In this document: positions 55,323-64,000 of the stretch, piece by piece
How the letters are laid out: every line of letters begins with the position of its first letter
How positions within the stretch are numbered: the stretch's first letter is position 1
IMG/VR virus record: IMGVR_UViG_3300045988_175328
Coordinates: 32,001 to 96,000 of that record
Source: a virus
Reading direction: 5' to 3' (one strand)
DNA: 64,000 nt
Made by a program: the position numbers and the translations under genes
The notes under the pieces: model-generated
The model's input: the letters and a program-made list of their open reading frames with translations, nothing else
Told to the model about the DNA's origin: nothing
Databases searched by the model: none

Positions 55323-58300
55323 ATGGCGACAAGCAATATTATCCTTAGAGGGAGAAATAATCATTTTGATCCATCAGGTATTTTTAGACAAGACTACAAG
55401 CTTTATCTTAGTTACGTAAAAACAATTCATAACTATATTGAAGAGAATAATAATGCAACTGGATTAACAGGTAGGCCTACAGAGTTTTTAGACCATAAAG
55501 GCAATCATGTAAAAATTAATGATGTTAATGAAACTATTAATATCTACGATCATAGACTTTCTGGAACAAATGACGCAAAATTAGTTAAAAGCATGTTTCA
55601 GAATAATCTATTCGAAAGAATGGCGACTGAGAATACTACTGTATATGATATTGAAACTCTCGTTCCTTTAGTTGGAAAAACAGGTGAATTATTCCAAGAT
55701 TCAATTTACCAATATTCGTCTCAGAATATAATCGACGGCGAAGTTGTTGCCGGAAAAAATTATTATCTTGGGTTAAATCAAAAGCAAGTAGAATTTTTAA
55801 AAAAATATTATCAGAATTTTGATGCGAATTTAACTAAAGATAAAGCTGCTTTATCTTCATATAAAAGTATAATACGTGCAGGTCTATATAAAGACGATCT
55901 TCTTGCTGGGAAAGCTCTTGGCGCAATTCCAACAGAGCTTCTTAACCCAATTGGCAAAAACCAAATTAAAGAATCTAAAGAAGCTTTTATAAAAGGGTTA
56001 AATGCTCTTTATGAGTTACATAATCAAAATCAAAAATTAAGTGGGGAAATTACTCTTTTAGATGGTTCAAAGAAAACTGTTCAGGGGAATACATATATAC
56101 TTCATCAAATTTTTGATGACCTTTTGTCTAATAATTTAAGAACTGCATATAATGGCTACAATTTTGATGAAAGAAAAATGTATGAGATTGCTCATCTTAA
56201 TGGAGATTCTGCATTAATTCAAAAAGCAGAAAAGTTGATGGCCACACAAAGCCAACGATTCTTTGATATTCAACCTGCTATCAGGTTGTTTAAAGAATTG
56301 GGATTAGGATCTGAGTTTAAAGCGTTAGGTATCGATAATCCATATGCGAAAGAAGGTCCGAATGGATCTATTTTACCTACAGCTAGAAATACACAATTAG
56401 GAACGATGGTCAATTATCTTCCTGAGCATGTAAGAAAAAGCCTTGGCCTAATGAATGCCGATGCATTCCATGATGCAACTGTCGATACATTTGCATATGC
56501 CAATGTGTTAAATTATAATTCTAAACGGTTCTCTGATATGGTTAGAACATTGCATGACCAAATTCAGAATCAAGAAAATACAATGATTCCCAATAGACAA
56601 GTATCATTCTCTAGCAATGCATCACTCGATTCTTATCATTTGATGAGAGTTAATCGTTCGATGTACAATGATAATATGCCTATGATGATCGTAAATGCTA
56701 ATGAAGAAAACTCTCTTCATGTACAAAAATTAGGACATACATTTAAATTTAATACAGCCAATCCAGATAAGCCAGGATATTTTGCAACAAATGAATCATT
56801 AGCAGGTATCTTACGAAAAGGTATGAATATTGCTATCGGCGAAAATGTAAGAAGTTTTAATGTAGATGATACGATTAAAGAGCAATTCTATAATGCAACT
56901 GGTCATATGCTTGCTGAAGATGAACTTGTGATGGTTCCTTTTAAAATCCATGATACAAAAGGATTTTATGGTAATCAATATATCGTTTTGCCGAAAGGTC
57001 AAATGTCTGAAGTCTTGCAAAGAATGGGTACATTTTTTGGAGGTGCTCAACTTGATGACTCTGGAAAAATTGTTCAAACATCAAATGTAACAAGAGATGG
57101 TGTTAATTCAATGTTTGAGCAAATAGGATCTCTTAAAAAGTATCAGACTGGCACTGCTCAACAAGCTGTAGAAAATTATCTTAAAGACAGCACTAAGTAT
57201 CAATTGAATAATTATCTTTTCCAACAATTAGATAAAACTGATATCAATAGAGCTAAAATTATGAAGGATCTTGCTAGAATAAAAGATGACAAAGTACGGA
57301 AACTTTATCTTCAAATATCGCAAGAAATGATCAATAACAATATCGATAAAGATCAAGCTTTAGAATCTATTGCTAGAATTAATGGTGTTACAAGTAAAGA
57401 TCCTTTGTATTTAAAAGCTCATAGTTTTATCGGTACTCTTCAAGAGCAACAAAATATTTATTTTTCTGGTAATCGTGCAGCTAATTCTGGCACACCATTG
57501 TTTAGATCAGCTGCTTGGTCTACGCATGAGTTATTAGAACGAACAGATAATAAACTTATCGATACATTCGCTTCTACTTTCTTAGACGTTGCTGCTAAGC
57601 ATGGATATCAAAATTCAAAAGGAGAATTTTTCTTTAACAGCGATTCTAATGTAATTGCTGGAAAATTAGTAAATGTTCTTTTTCAAGAAATGAGAAGAAA
57701 TAATCAGACATTAAAGACTTCTATTTTAAGTCTTTCTCCCGATGAATTAAAAAAATTCTTTTACGATAAAATTACTCCACAAAATGGGTTAGACCTTAAT
57801 GCAAGAAACACAGAAGAAACAGCATCAAAAATTCTTTCTTTTGCGACACGAGCAGCTAAGGGCTCTCGTGGATCAGATAATATTCCAGCGAATCAAATAA
57901 AAAATGTTTTATACGATATCGCTAAGTTCATGAAAAACAATAAGATTATCGATTCTAATAAAGATAACTTATTATATAATATGAAAGATATTGTCGATAA
58001 TCGTTTAGATACGCCTGAGTTAATATCTGAATATATTGCAAAAGATTTAGCAAGTTCTTTTGAAAGACAATATTCTAAGGGTAAATTACCTGATTGGTAT
58101 AATAGTACTTTTGTAAATTATCGTGGTGGTAAAGTAACTCTGGGCGAGAATACTCTTGGGAACTTTAGAAGAATGGCCTCCAAAATAACTGGCGATTTCG
58201 TATATAATCCAAAAGATTCTAGAAAAATATTAAAAGATTTCATGATGTCTGACGCGATAAAAGATCAATTAGCTAGATACTATGATGATAAAGAGCTAGG

Positions 58301-61300
58301 TCATTTTATTGCGAATTCTGCGAATGAAACAATCACTAATTTAGCAGATACTATTATCGATAACTTAGATTTAGCTAATATGACAATTCATTCTTCTCAT
58401 GGTGTAGTCCTTGAGGATTCAGTTGGCCGAAAATTTAATTTAACTAATTCTATCCCAATGGTTGTTTTTGAAGAAGGCGTTCCCTATATAAAAGTTGGCG
58501 GAAATACTTATAGCATTAGTTTGGCAACTCGATATTTAGAATCTCGTGATTTTGAAGGCAAGAAAACTTCTGGATATATTTCACTTGGTGTTGAACAGCT
58601 TGAGCCATATAATGAAATAGCTGCTAGGATATCTAAAACAAAAGTTAATAAATTTGGTTCACTTTCTGCTGTTCAATTAGGATTAAATTCTGTTACTAGA
58701 GAGATATATGAGAATACAACTTTTAACAGTCCTAATAATAGAAAATCTAATGCCGGAAGTTATAATTTTGTAGCAAAGAGTGCTAGATCTTCTGGGTCAA
58801 TGTATACAACTACGAATATAGGATTTAAGCCTATTCTAAAAGATCTTGTTCCTGTGTTTAATGATCTTATTGACAATAAAGTTGTAAGTGAATCTTTCAT
58901 TACGGATCATCTTATTAACTCTACAGGATCTACTGATTCTGCAGAAGCGCTCGAAAAACTTGGATTTGTACCTAAAGATCCAAATATGAGAGGAGCATCT
59001 GGTACCAATTATCTTGAAATGATCTTTAACAAAGATCAGTCTCAATATCCTGCAAATCAAAGAGCTATTCAAGAATTTTTCTCTAAACCTTTTGAAAATC
59101 CTGTACTACTTTCTAATGGAAAACAAGCAAATAATTTTGGAGAATTAATTCTTTTAAATTCTTCGGCTACAGGAGCTCATCGTTATACTATAGATGCCAA
59201 TAAAGATCCTATTTTCATTATAGAAAAACAGCAAGTTGATGTTCCCTATAGTTCTTTAGCTAAAGGATTTTATAGTACTGAAGCAAGAAAATCTTCTTTT
59301 GGTCAAATCTCTTTTACTTTATCTGCATCTAATTCAAATAAACAAGTTGGTCCAGGTTCAGATGTTGCATCTAGTCGTTATATCCAGAATCATTTACAAC
59401 AAATGTCAACGATAATGCCTGAGTATATTGATCAAATTAGCGACTTAACTGGTCTTGATTACGGAAGTTTAAAAGATCAGCCAACATTAAGAAGATTTGA
59501 TGACAGATCTGTAGAACATTCAGTAAATGCTAATATGCTGATTTCTTCTCACTATGAAGACATTTCTACATTAGAAAAAGAGATTAGTAGCTCTACAGAT
59601 ACAGTGTTAGAAAAATATGATTTAATGTCTGGCAAAAGTCTCAGCTTCTACAATGATGCGCCTGATAATTTAAAAAATAAAATTCATGGACATCTTAGAA
59701 ATGTAGCAGAAGGATCTGCATCTGTTGCTCAAGAACTTGCTGATATTCACCATATGACAGAAACGTCTGCTGGTGTACAAATGATTAAATTAAATGAGAC
59801 TAGCATTAATGATAAATATATAAAAAATATAATGCCGGTTTTCTTTAATCATGAAACAGGCCAGTACGAAGCATTAGAAGAAGCGAAGCTTGCATATTTT
59901 AAGGATCTTAACGTTATTGCAAAAAGAGATTCTAGAAGTAATAGCGATATTTTCTATGATAAATCTAAAGGCGATGCTTTTGGCAAGGTAGTCTTTAAAG
60001 ATAGCAATACAGGCAAACTTTTAACTCCTAAAGAAATTGCAGAAATATTAAATAAATCTTTAAATGAAAAAGTAGGCGTCGTAGATTTTGACGACATTAC
60101 TCATATATTTAAAGAATTGATTCATCAAAATATATACAGCTACTTTAATGCTAAATCTGTCGGAAGTCAAACAACAATGAAACTTGTAGCCGATAGTACA
60201 AAACATGTTGCTTCCACAATGGGCATGGGCATCGGAACTGTTTTCAATGGTGTTGCCGATATTTTTGAAAGAAATAACTTTGGTCATTATGTTGGCGAAC
60301 TCATGGATTTTGATGCTATGAAACTTCTTCTTCATGGCGATATTGACGTAGCTACTAAAGTATTCGCTTCAGAAGCAGTTAAAAACGGTCGATTCGTTCC
60401 GAGAAGATTTTCTGGAAAACGTCTTTATAAAGTATTAGAAGACGTAAAAATAAAAAATGCTTTAAGTACTAATGCCAAAGGGTTTAAAAATTATGTCGAT
60501 AAAGCATTACCGAATTTTTTAATCGATATTAAAGACAAAAATGGAAATGTAACGCATCAAGAAAAATTAGTCGACTTAAAAGCAAACGCTAGAAAAAATA
60601 TGAGAAAGCGGATGTTCGGCAATGAAAATATTGGTAAAGACTTAAAGTATCTAGATGATTTTGTTAAATACCAAAAAGTCCAAGACTATATGGCAATGGA
60701 GCAAAGTCTTACGCATCAGTTAAGAGCTATTAATGTTTTAAAGACTAACATAAATGACGGCATATCATTCATGAATCGGAATAACGATATCTACAAAGAA
60801 ATCGGATCCATGAATTTAAAAGATGTAAAAGATCTTGCTTCTAAAATACGAACTGATGTTAATTTGCAACAAACACATCCTCACATGTATGAGTTCTTGC
60901 GGAAACATTCAGTTCAAGATCTTGAAAATCTTTTCCATTCATTTAAGAATATAGAACAATTAAATGCTCAAAACCCATTGCTATATAATATATTAAAGAA
61001 TAGTCCAGAAGATTTAGATAAATATATTGGCAATATTAAAGGTGTCATGTATGGCTTTGAAAAAGCGACAGCAGGGACACCTAGAATTGGGAATATCGCT
61101 CAAACTTCTAACTTAGTTAATTCAGCAACAGATTTAAATGAGATGAAAGAAGTTGGTGTTAGAATCAGCAAATTCTTTGATCGCATCAAAAAAGCTGTTT
61201 CTAATCCTCAAGGGAAAAATCAAAAAGCTGGTGAATTAGATAGATTCTTCTTTGGTGAATTAAAAGTAAAAGATTCTGACGGAAAATTTAAAACTTTTTT

Positions 61301-64000
61301 TGAACGAGAAGAGCATAATATCCTCAATTATGATTTTTACAATTCTGATGAAATGCGGCAAATGGTCTCAGTTCAAGATAAAGAGCTTAGAGCAATGAAA
61401 CGAATGTTCTCTGAATTTCAAAAGTCCAAAGGAAAAGACATTCCTATCTCTGTCAATAAAAATGATATTGACGACTATTTAATGCAAATCGATTACCTTC
61501 ATGGAATATTGCCATATTATAATGTTGGAACTGTTCGAGAACTTTTTGCCGATGGAGCATTAGAAGATATTGTAAGAGGCAACATTTTAGCTCTTCGTAG
61601 ATCTCTTTCGCATTTATCTGGAAAGGCTAATTTGTCGGCCGAACAATTGCTTTTCCGAGAAAGATATATAGTAACAGAAATATTGAATCAACATTATTTC
61701 GATATCAATGGAGAAAAAGGCTTAGTAATGGGTATTTCTAATTCTCCAGAAGATATAAAAAGGGCAGAACCAATTACTTTAATTCGAAGAATGATCGATA
61801 ATACAATGCATCATGCTTCTGGCTCTCAAGAGATAAAAGCTAAATTTAATGGTGACCAACAAAAGATAAGAGAGGCTATCGTTGATTATTTAAATCAATC
61901 TGATTGGTTTAATATAGAACAGAATGCTGGCCATAAAATATTTGAAATAGATCCTTCAGATCCAACTAAAGTAAAAATTGAAGGTAAACATCTTAGAATT
62001 ACAACAAAAACATTAGGAGAGTATAAAGCTGATGGTGGATCATTAAATGTGATTCATCATGTAACTGGTGACGATGAATTAATTAATCCTATCGCTACAA
62101 TGTTCCAAGAATTAAATGAAAAAGTTTTTGGATATAGTCTTGGCCGTGAGATAAAGAAAAAAAGATCTGGTAATGTTCATGCTGTAGTGTCCGATTCCGA
62201 GTCAATGCATGAAATGAATTATCTTCTTTCCAATATAATTGGAACGCATCAGCAAACTCAATTTTTCCCATATGCTCATTCTCATGGCTCCAAGTCTGTT
62301 ATTGGTGCGGTTAGCGGAAGCGAACAAGATTCTCTAATGGCTATGTCACTAAATGAAAAAGCATTAGAGACTATCCATAAGGCATTGCCAAATGATCAAA
62401 AAGTAAGAGAAGCTTATCTTGAAATGATCAAATTACAAAACGAAAAAAGAACAAAAATAAAAGAAGATTTACTTGCTGCGAATCAAGGCATGACAGAAGC
62501 ACAAGCTCAAAAAGAAGCCGATAAATTTGGACTTGCTTTTCATCCATTTAATTCTTTCAAAAATGCAGTCGAAGATCCAGAAGTTCGTATGAAGCTTTTT
62601 GGTCAAGAAGAAATGAAAGCTGGAACATCTGTAAGAATGATTAAATTCGGCACACAGGATATAACTAAATCTGATAATTACAAGAAATTAGATGAAGTTT
62701 CTCAAAAAATAGCACATGATCTTCATTATAAAAATAATAGATTCTCAAAAGAATGGCTTCATTTAAAACGAGATGCTATTTCTTCTATGGCCGCAATTGT
62801 TTACGAAGAAGATAAAGGCGCTCATAGTGTTGCCCAAAAAAGTGCTCCCATTACTCTTTTCAAGGAACTAATGAGGAATCCAGACAGCCCAGAAGCTATA
62901 GCTTATGCGCAGTTCTCAAGAGATTCTAGAGATATCTCTGAGAAGATAAGTCATGGACACGATGTCGATACTGGACAAAGATACCATTTAAATATAGATG
63001 GAGAACGTGTATATATTAATGTCCCAAGCTATAAAGCAAACGATGAAACTGACAATTTGTTTACTCAAATTGAAACAAATTATCGTCGATATAATGAAAG
63101 TATCGAAGAGATGCAAAATGCTACTGACTCTTATGAAAAAGCTGAATTTGCAAGGAATGCTTCGCAAAATGCAGAGATATTAAGAAACTCCATAGAGAAA
63201 CTTAATCAAAATACGAAAAACGATGCTTATAAAAAAGGGAAAATAAGACAAACCAATTTCTACGAAATGGGTATTCGTCGTTCTGGTGAAGCAGAATATC
63301 TAGCAATGGACGCATTCGATACTAAGAATAAAATTTTCTCAAGAGGAAAAGATGCAAAAGGCAACGAGATCGTTAAAACAGTTCAAGATGTTATCGATGA
63401 AGGATACACTCCAGCTATAGCAGAAGTTAGCGAACAGTTCTTTGAAGATGTTGGTATTTTAGATAAAAGAATGTCTAAAGCTGATCGAGCTGCAAAATTA
63501 GCGAAATTAGAAGAAGAAGGTACAGTAATGGCCATAAGCCGTTATCCTTATAACTATCAGAAGTCTATTAGTTTTGCTAAAGTATATTTAAACAAAGATA
63601 TGTCCGATAAACATATTCGCTCTAATCATTTCTTACAAGTAAAAATGAATGCCGATAACGATGGTGACTTATTATATGCAACTAATTTAGCCCAAGGCAA
63701 TTTAAAGAAAGCCTTTAAAGGGATGTCTGAAGATGCTTTAGCATATGCTACAGCTGCCGACAACTCTATCGGATATCTTCAAACTACTTTGTATAATGAC
63801 AAGGGCGAGCTTCTTGATAGCCTAAAAAATGATGCGTTTGAAGCGAATATCATGACTCATTATAAAAAAATGATGAAGGATATTTCGACCGACGAATTTG
63901 GCGAATTGAAATCTACAGCGCAATTGACACAGAACGCAGGTGCGCCATATCATTCAATTAAGAATTTAAATAACTTACTTGTTAGTTCTGAAATTGTAGA
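55323..64000 (+). CDS. giant ORF (at least 2892 codons, 3' end outside the window) with an N-terminal DEDDh-like exonuclease signature and a beta-prime-like DPBB motif NADNDGD: candidate single-polypeptide (virion?) RNA polymerase
   Basis: Missing from the ORF track, presumably because no stop occurs in the window. The frame was spot-checked open at 55.3, 57.0, 58.8, 60.0, 62.3 and 63.9 kb. ATG 55323 follows AAAGGAA. DIE at 55647-55655, YNFDE about 56160, HDATVD 56469-56486. ISRYPYNYQKSISFAKVYL..HFLQVKMNADNDGDLLYA (NADNDGD = 63648-63668) parallels NRAPTLHRLGIQAFEP..NADFDGDQMAVH of beta-prime. Confidence 0.7.
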   Translation, partial: MATSNIILRGRNNHFDPSGIFRQDYKLYLSYVKTIHNYIEENNNATGLTGRPTEFLDHKGNHVKINDVNETINIYDHRLSGTNDAKLVKSMFQNNLFERMATENTTVYDIETLVPLVGKTGELFQDSIYQYSSQNIIDGEVVAGKNYYLGLNQKQVEFLKKYYQNFDANLTKDKAALSSYKSIIRAGLYKDDLLAGKALGAIPTELLNPIGKNQIKESKEAFIKGLNALYELHNQNQKLSGEITLLDGSKKTVQGNTYILHQIFDDLLSNNLRTAYNGYNFDERKMYEIAHLNGDSALIQKAEKLMATQSQRFFDIQPAIRLFKELGLGSEFKALGIDNPYAKEGPNGSILPTARNTQLGTMVNYLPEHVRKSLGLMNADAFHDATVDTFAYANVLNYNSKRFSDMVRTLHDQIQNQENTMIPNRQVSFSSNASLDSYHLMRVNRSMYNDNMPMMIVNANEENSLHVQKLGHTFKFNTANPDKPGYFATNESLAGILRKGMNIAIGENVRSFNVDDTIKEQFYNATGHMLAEDELVMVPFKIHDTKGFYGNQYIVLPKGQMSEVLQRMGTFFGGAQLDDSGKIVQTSNVTRDGVNSMFEQIGSLKKYQTGTAQQAVENYLKDSTKYQLNNYLFQQLDKTDINRAKIMKDLARIKDDKVRKLYLQISQEMINNNIDKDQALESIARINGVTSKDPLYLKAHSFIGTLQEQQNIYFSGNRAANSGTPLFRSAAWSTHELLERTDNKLIDTFASTFLDVAAKHGYQNSKGEFFFNSDSNVIAGKLVNVLFQEMRRNNQTLKTSILSLSPDELKKFFYDKITPQNGLDLNARNTEETASKILSFATRAAKGSRGSDNIPANQIKNVLYDIAKFMKNNKIIDSNKDNLLYNMKDIVDNRLDTPELISEYIAKDLASSFERQYSKGKLPDWYNSTFVNYRGGKVTLGENTLGNFRRMASKITGDFVYNPKDSRKILKDFMMSDAIKDQLARYYDDKELGHFIANSANETITNLADTIIDNLDLANMTIHSSHGVVLEDSVGRKFNLTNSIPMVVFEEGVPYIKVGGNTYSISLATRYLESRDFEGKKTSGYISLGVEQLEPYNEIAARISKTKVNKFGSLSAVQLGLNSVTREIYENTTFNSPNNRKSNAGSYNFVAKSARSSGSMYTTTNIGFKPILKDLVPVFNDLIDNKVVSESFITDHLINSTGSTDSAEALEKLGFVPKDPNMRGASGTNYLEMIFNKDQSQYPANQRAIQEFFSKPFENPVLLSNGKQANNFGELILLNSSATGAHRYTIDANKDPIFIIEKQQVDVPYSSLAKGFYSTEARKSSFGQISFTLSASNSNKQVGPGSDVASSRYIQNHLQQMSTIMPEYIDQISDLTGLDYGSLKDQPTLRRFDDRSVEHSVNANMLISSHYEDISTLEKEISSSTDTVLEKYDLMSGKSLSFYNDAPDNLKNKIHGHLRNVAEGSASVAQELADIHHMTETSAGVQMIKLNETSINDKYIKNIMPVFFNHETGQYEALEEAKLAYFKDLNVIAKRDSRSNSDIFYDKSKGDAFGKVVFKDSNTGKLLTPKEIAEILNKSLNEKVGVVDFDDITHIFKELIHQNIYSYFNAKSVGSQTTMKLVADSTKHVASTMGMGIGTVFNGVADIFERNNFGHYVGELMDFDAMKLLLHGDIDVATKVFASEAVKNGRFVPRRFSGKRLYKVLEDVKIKNALSTNAKGFKNYVDKALPNFLIDIKDKNGNVTHQEKLVDLKANARKNMRKRMFGNENIGKDLKYLDDFVKYQKVQDYMAMEQSLTHQLRAINVLKTNINDGISFMNRNNDIYKEIGSMNLKDVKDLASKIRTDVNLQQTHPHMYEFLRKHSVQDLENLFHSFKNIEQLNAQNPLLYNILKNSPEDLDKYIGNIKGVMYGFEKATAGTPRIGNIAQTSNLVNSATDLNEMKEVGVRISKFFDRIKKAVSNPQGKNQKAGELDRFFFGELKVKDSDGKFKTFFEREEHNILNYDFYNSDEMRQMVSVQDKELRAMKRMFSEFQKSKGKDIPISVNKNDIDDYLMQIDYLHGILPYYNVGTVRELFADGALEDIVRGNILALRRSLSHLSGKANLSAEQLLFRERYIVTEILNQHYFDINGEKGLVMGISNSPEDIKRAEPITLIRRMIDNTMHHASGSQEIKAKFNGDQQKIREAIVDYLNQSDWFNIEQNAGHKIFEIDPSDPTKVKIEGKHLRITTKTLGEYKADGGSLNVIHHVTGDDELINPIATMFQELNEKVFGYSLGREIKKKRSGNVHAVVSDSESMHEMNYLLSNIIGTHQQTQFFPYAHSHGSKSVIGAVSGSEQDSLMAMSLNEKALETIHKALPNDQKVREAYLEMIKLQNEKRTKIKEDLLAANQGMTEAQAQKEADKFGLAFHPFNSFKNAVEDPEVRMKLFGQEEMKAGTSVRMIKFGTQDITKSDNYKKLDEVSQKIAHDLHYKNNRFSKEWLHLKRDAISSMAAIVYEEDKGAHSVAQKSAPITLFKELMRNPDSPEAIAYAQFSRDSRDISEKISHGHDVDTGQRYHLNIDGERVYINVPSYKANDETDNLFTQIETNYRRYNESIEEMQNATDSYEKAEFARNASQNAEILRNSIEKLNQNTKNDAYKKGKIRQTNFYEMGIRRSGEAEYLAMDAFDTKNKIFSRGKDAKGNEIVKTVQDVIDEGYTPAIAEVSEQFFEDVGILDKRMSKADRAAKLAKLEEEGTVMAISRYPYNYQKSISFAKVYLNKDMSDKHIRSNHFLQVKMNADNDGDLLYATNLAQGNLKKAFKGMSEDALAYATAADNSIGYLQTTLYNDKGELLDSLKNDAFEANIMTHYKKMMKDISTDEFGELKSTAQLTQNAGAPYHSIKNLNNLLVSSEIV

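Noticed and set aside
56811-60335. Minus-strand ORFs 56811..57077, 58836..59072 and 60060..60335, and + ORF 62998..63183
   Set aside because: All lie within the continuous giant + strand ORF in other frames or on the other strand. They are short with no RBS.
1-64000. CRISPR arrays, rRNA genes, integrase/att sites, TnpA transposase
   Set aside because: I looked for regularly spaced direct repeats, rRNA-like conserved blocks, and Tyr/Ser recombinase or HUH motifs. None was seen in this window.

Overview
The window is a visibly AT-rich stretch of a large tailed dsDNA phage with a contractile tail (sheath plus tube). Every supported gene is on the + strand.

Gene order:
- The end of a tail-like block, including a 1077-aa lysozyme-like/M23 virion lysin.
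- A nucleotide-metabolism and RNA-repair block: a tRNA-like gene, class I ribonucleotide reductase alpha and beta, a DUF4406-like protein, a Pnkp-like kinase-phosphatase-ligase, and dUTPase.
- A packaging/head/tail block: large terminase, an SGNH-esterase protein, portal, a scaffold-like protein, an HK97-type capsid protein, sheath, tube plus two tube paralogs, two chaperone-like ORFs, and a 2142-aa protein.
- The first 2892 or more codons of a giant ORF that runs off the window. It is missing from the ORF track and carries a beta-prime-like NADNDGD RNA-polymerase motif.

The standout feature is very dense colonisation by selfish and RNA-guided elements:
- terL carries a mini-intein in its P-loop and four group I introns. 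Two of them are separated by a 9-nt micro-exon.
- The tail tube gene is split into four exons (158, 43, about 273 and 210 nt) by four self-splicing elements.
- One of those elements looks like an IStron: a group I intron fused to an IS605-type tnpB with an omega-RNA-like tail. It is nested inside another intron that encodes a LAGLIDADG protein.
- Two ORF-less relatives of the IStron sit in terL and in the tube gene. All three are inserted right after GAT and end in CAG.
- A stand-alone IscB with a structured upstream leader lies between the scaffold-like and capsid genes.

No CRISPR array, rRNA or TnpA was seen. All intron and exon boundaries come from hand analysis (P/Q/R/S core motifs, P1 U-G wobble pairing, paralog colinearity) and need experimental or covariance-model confirmation.
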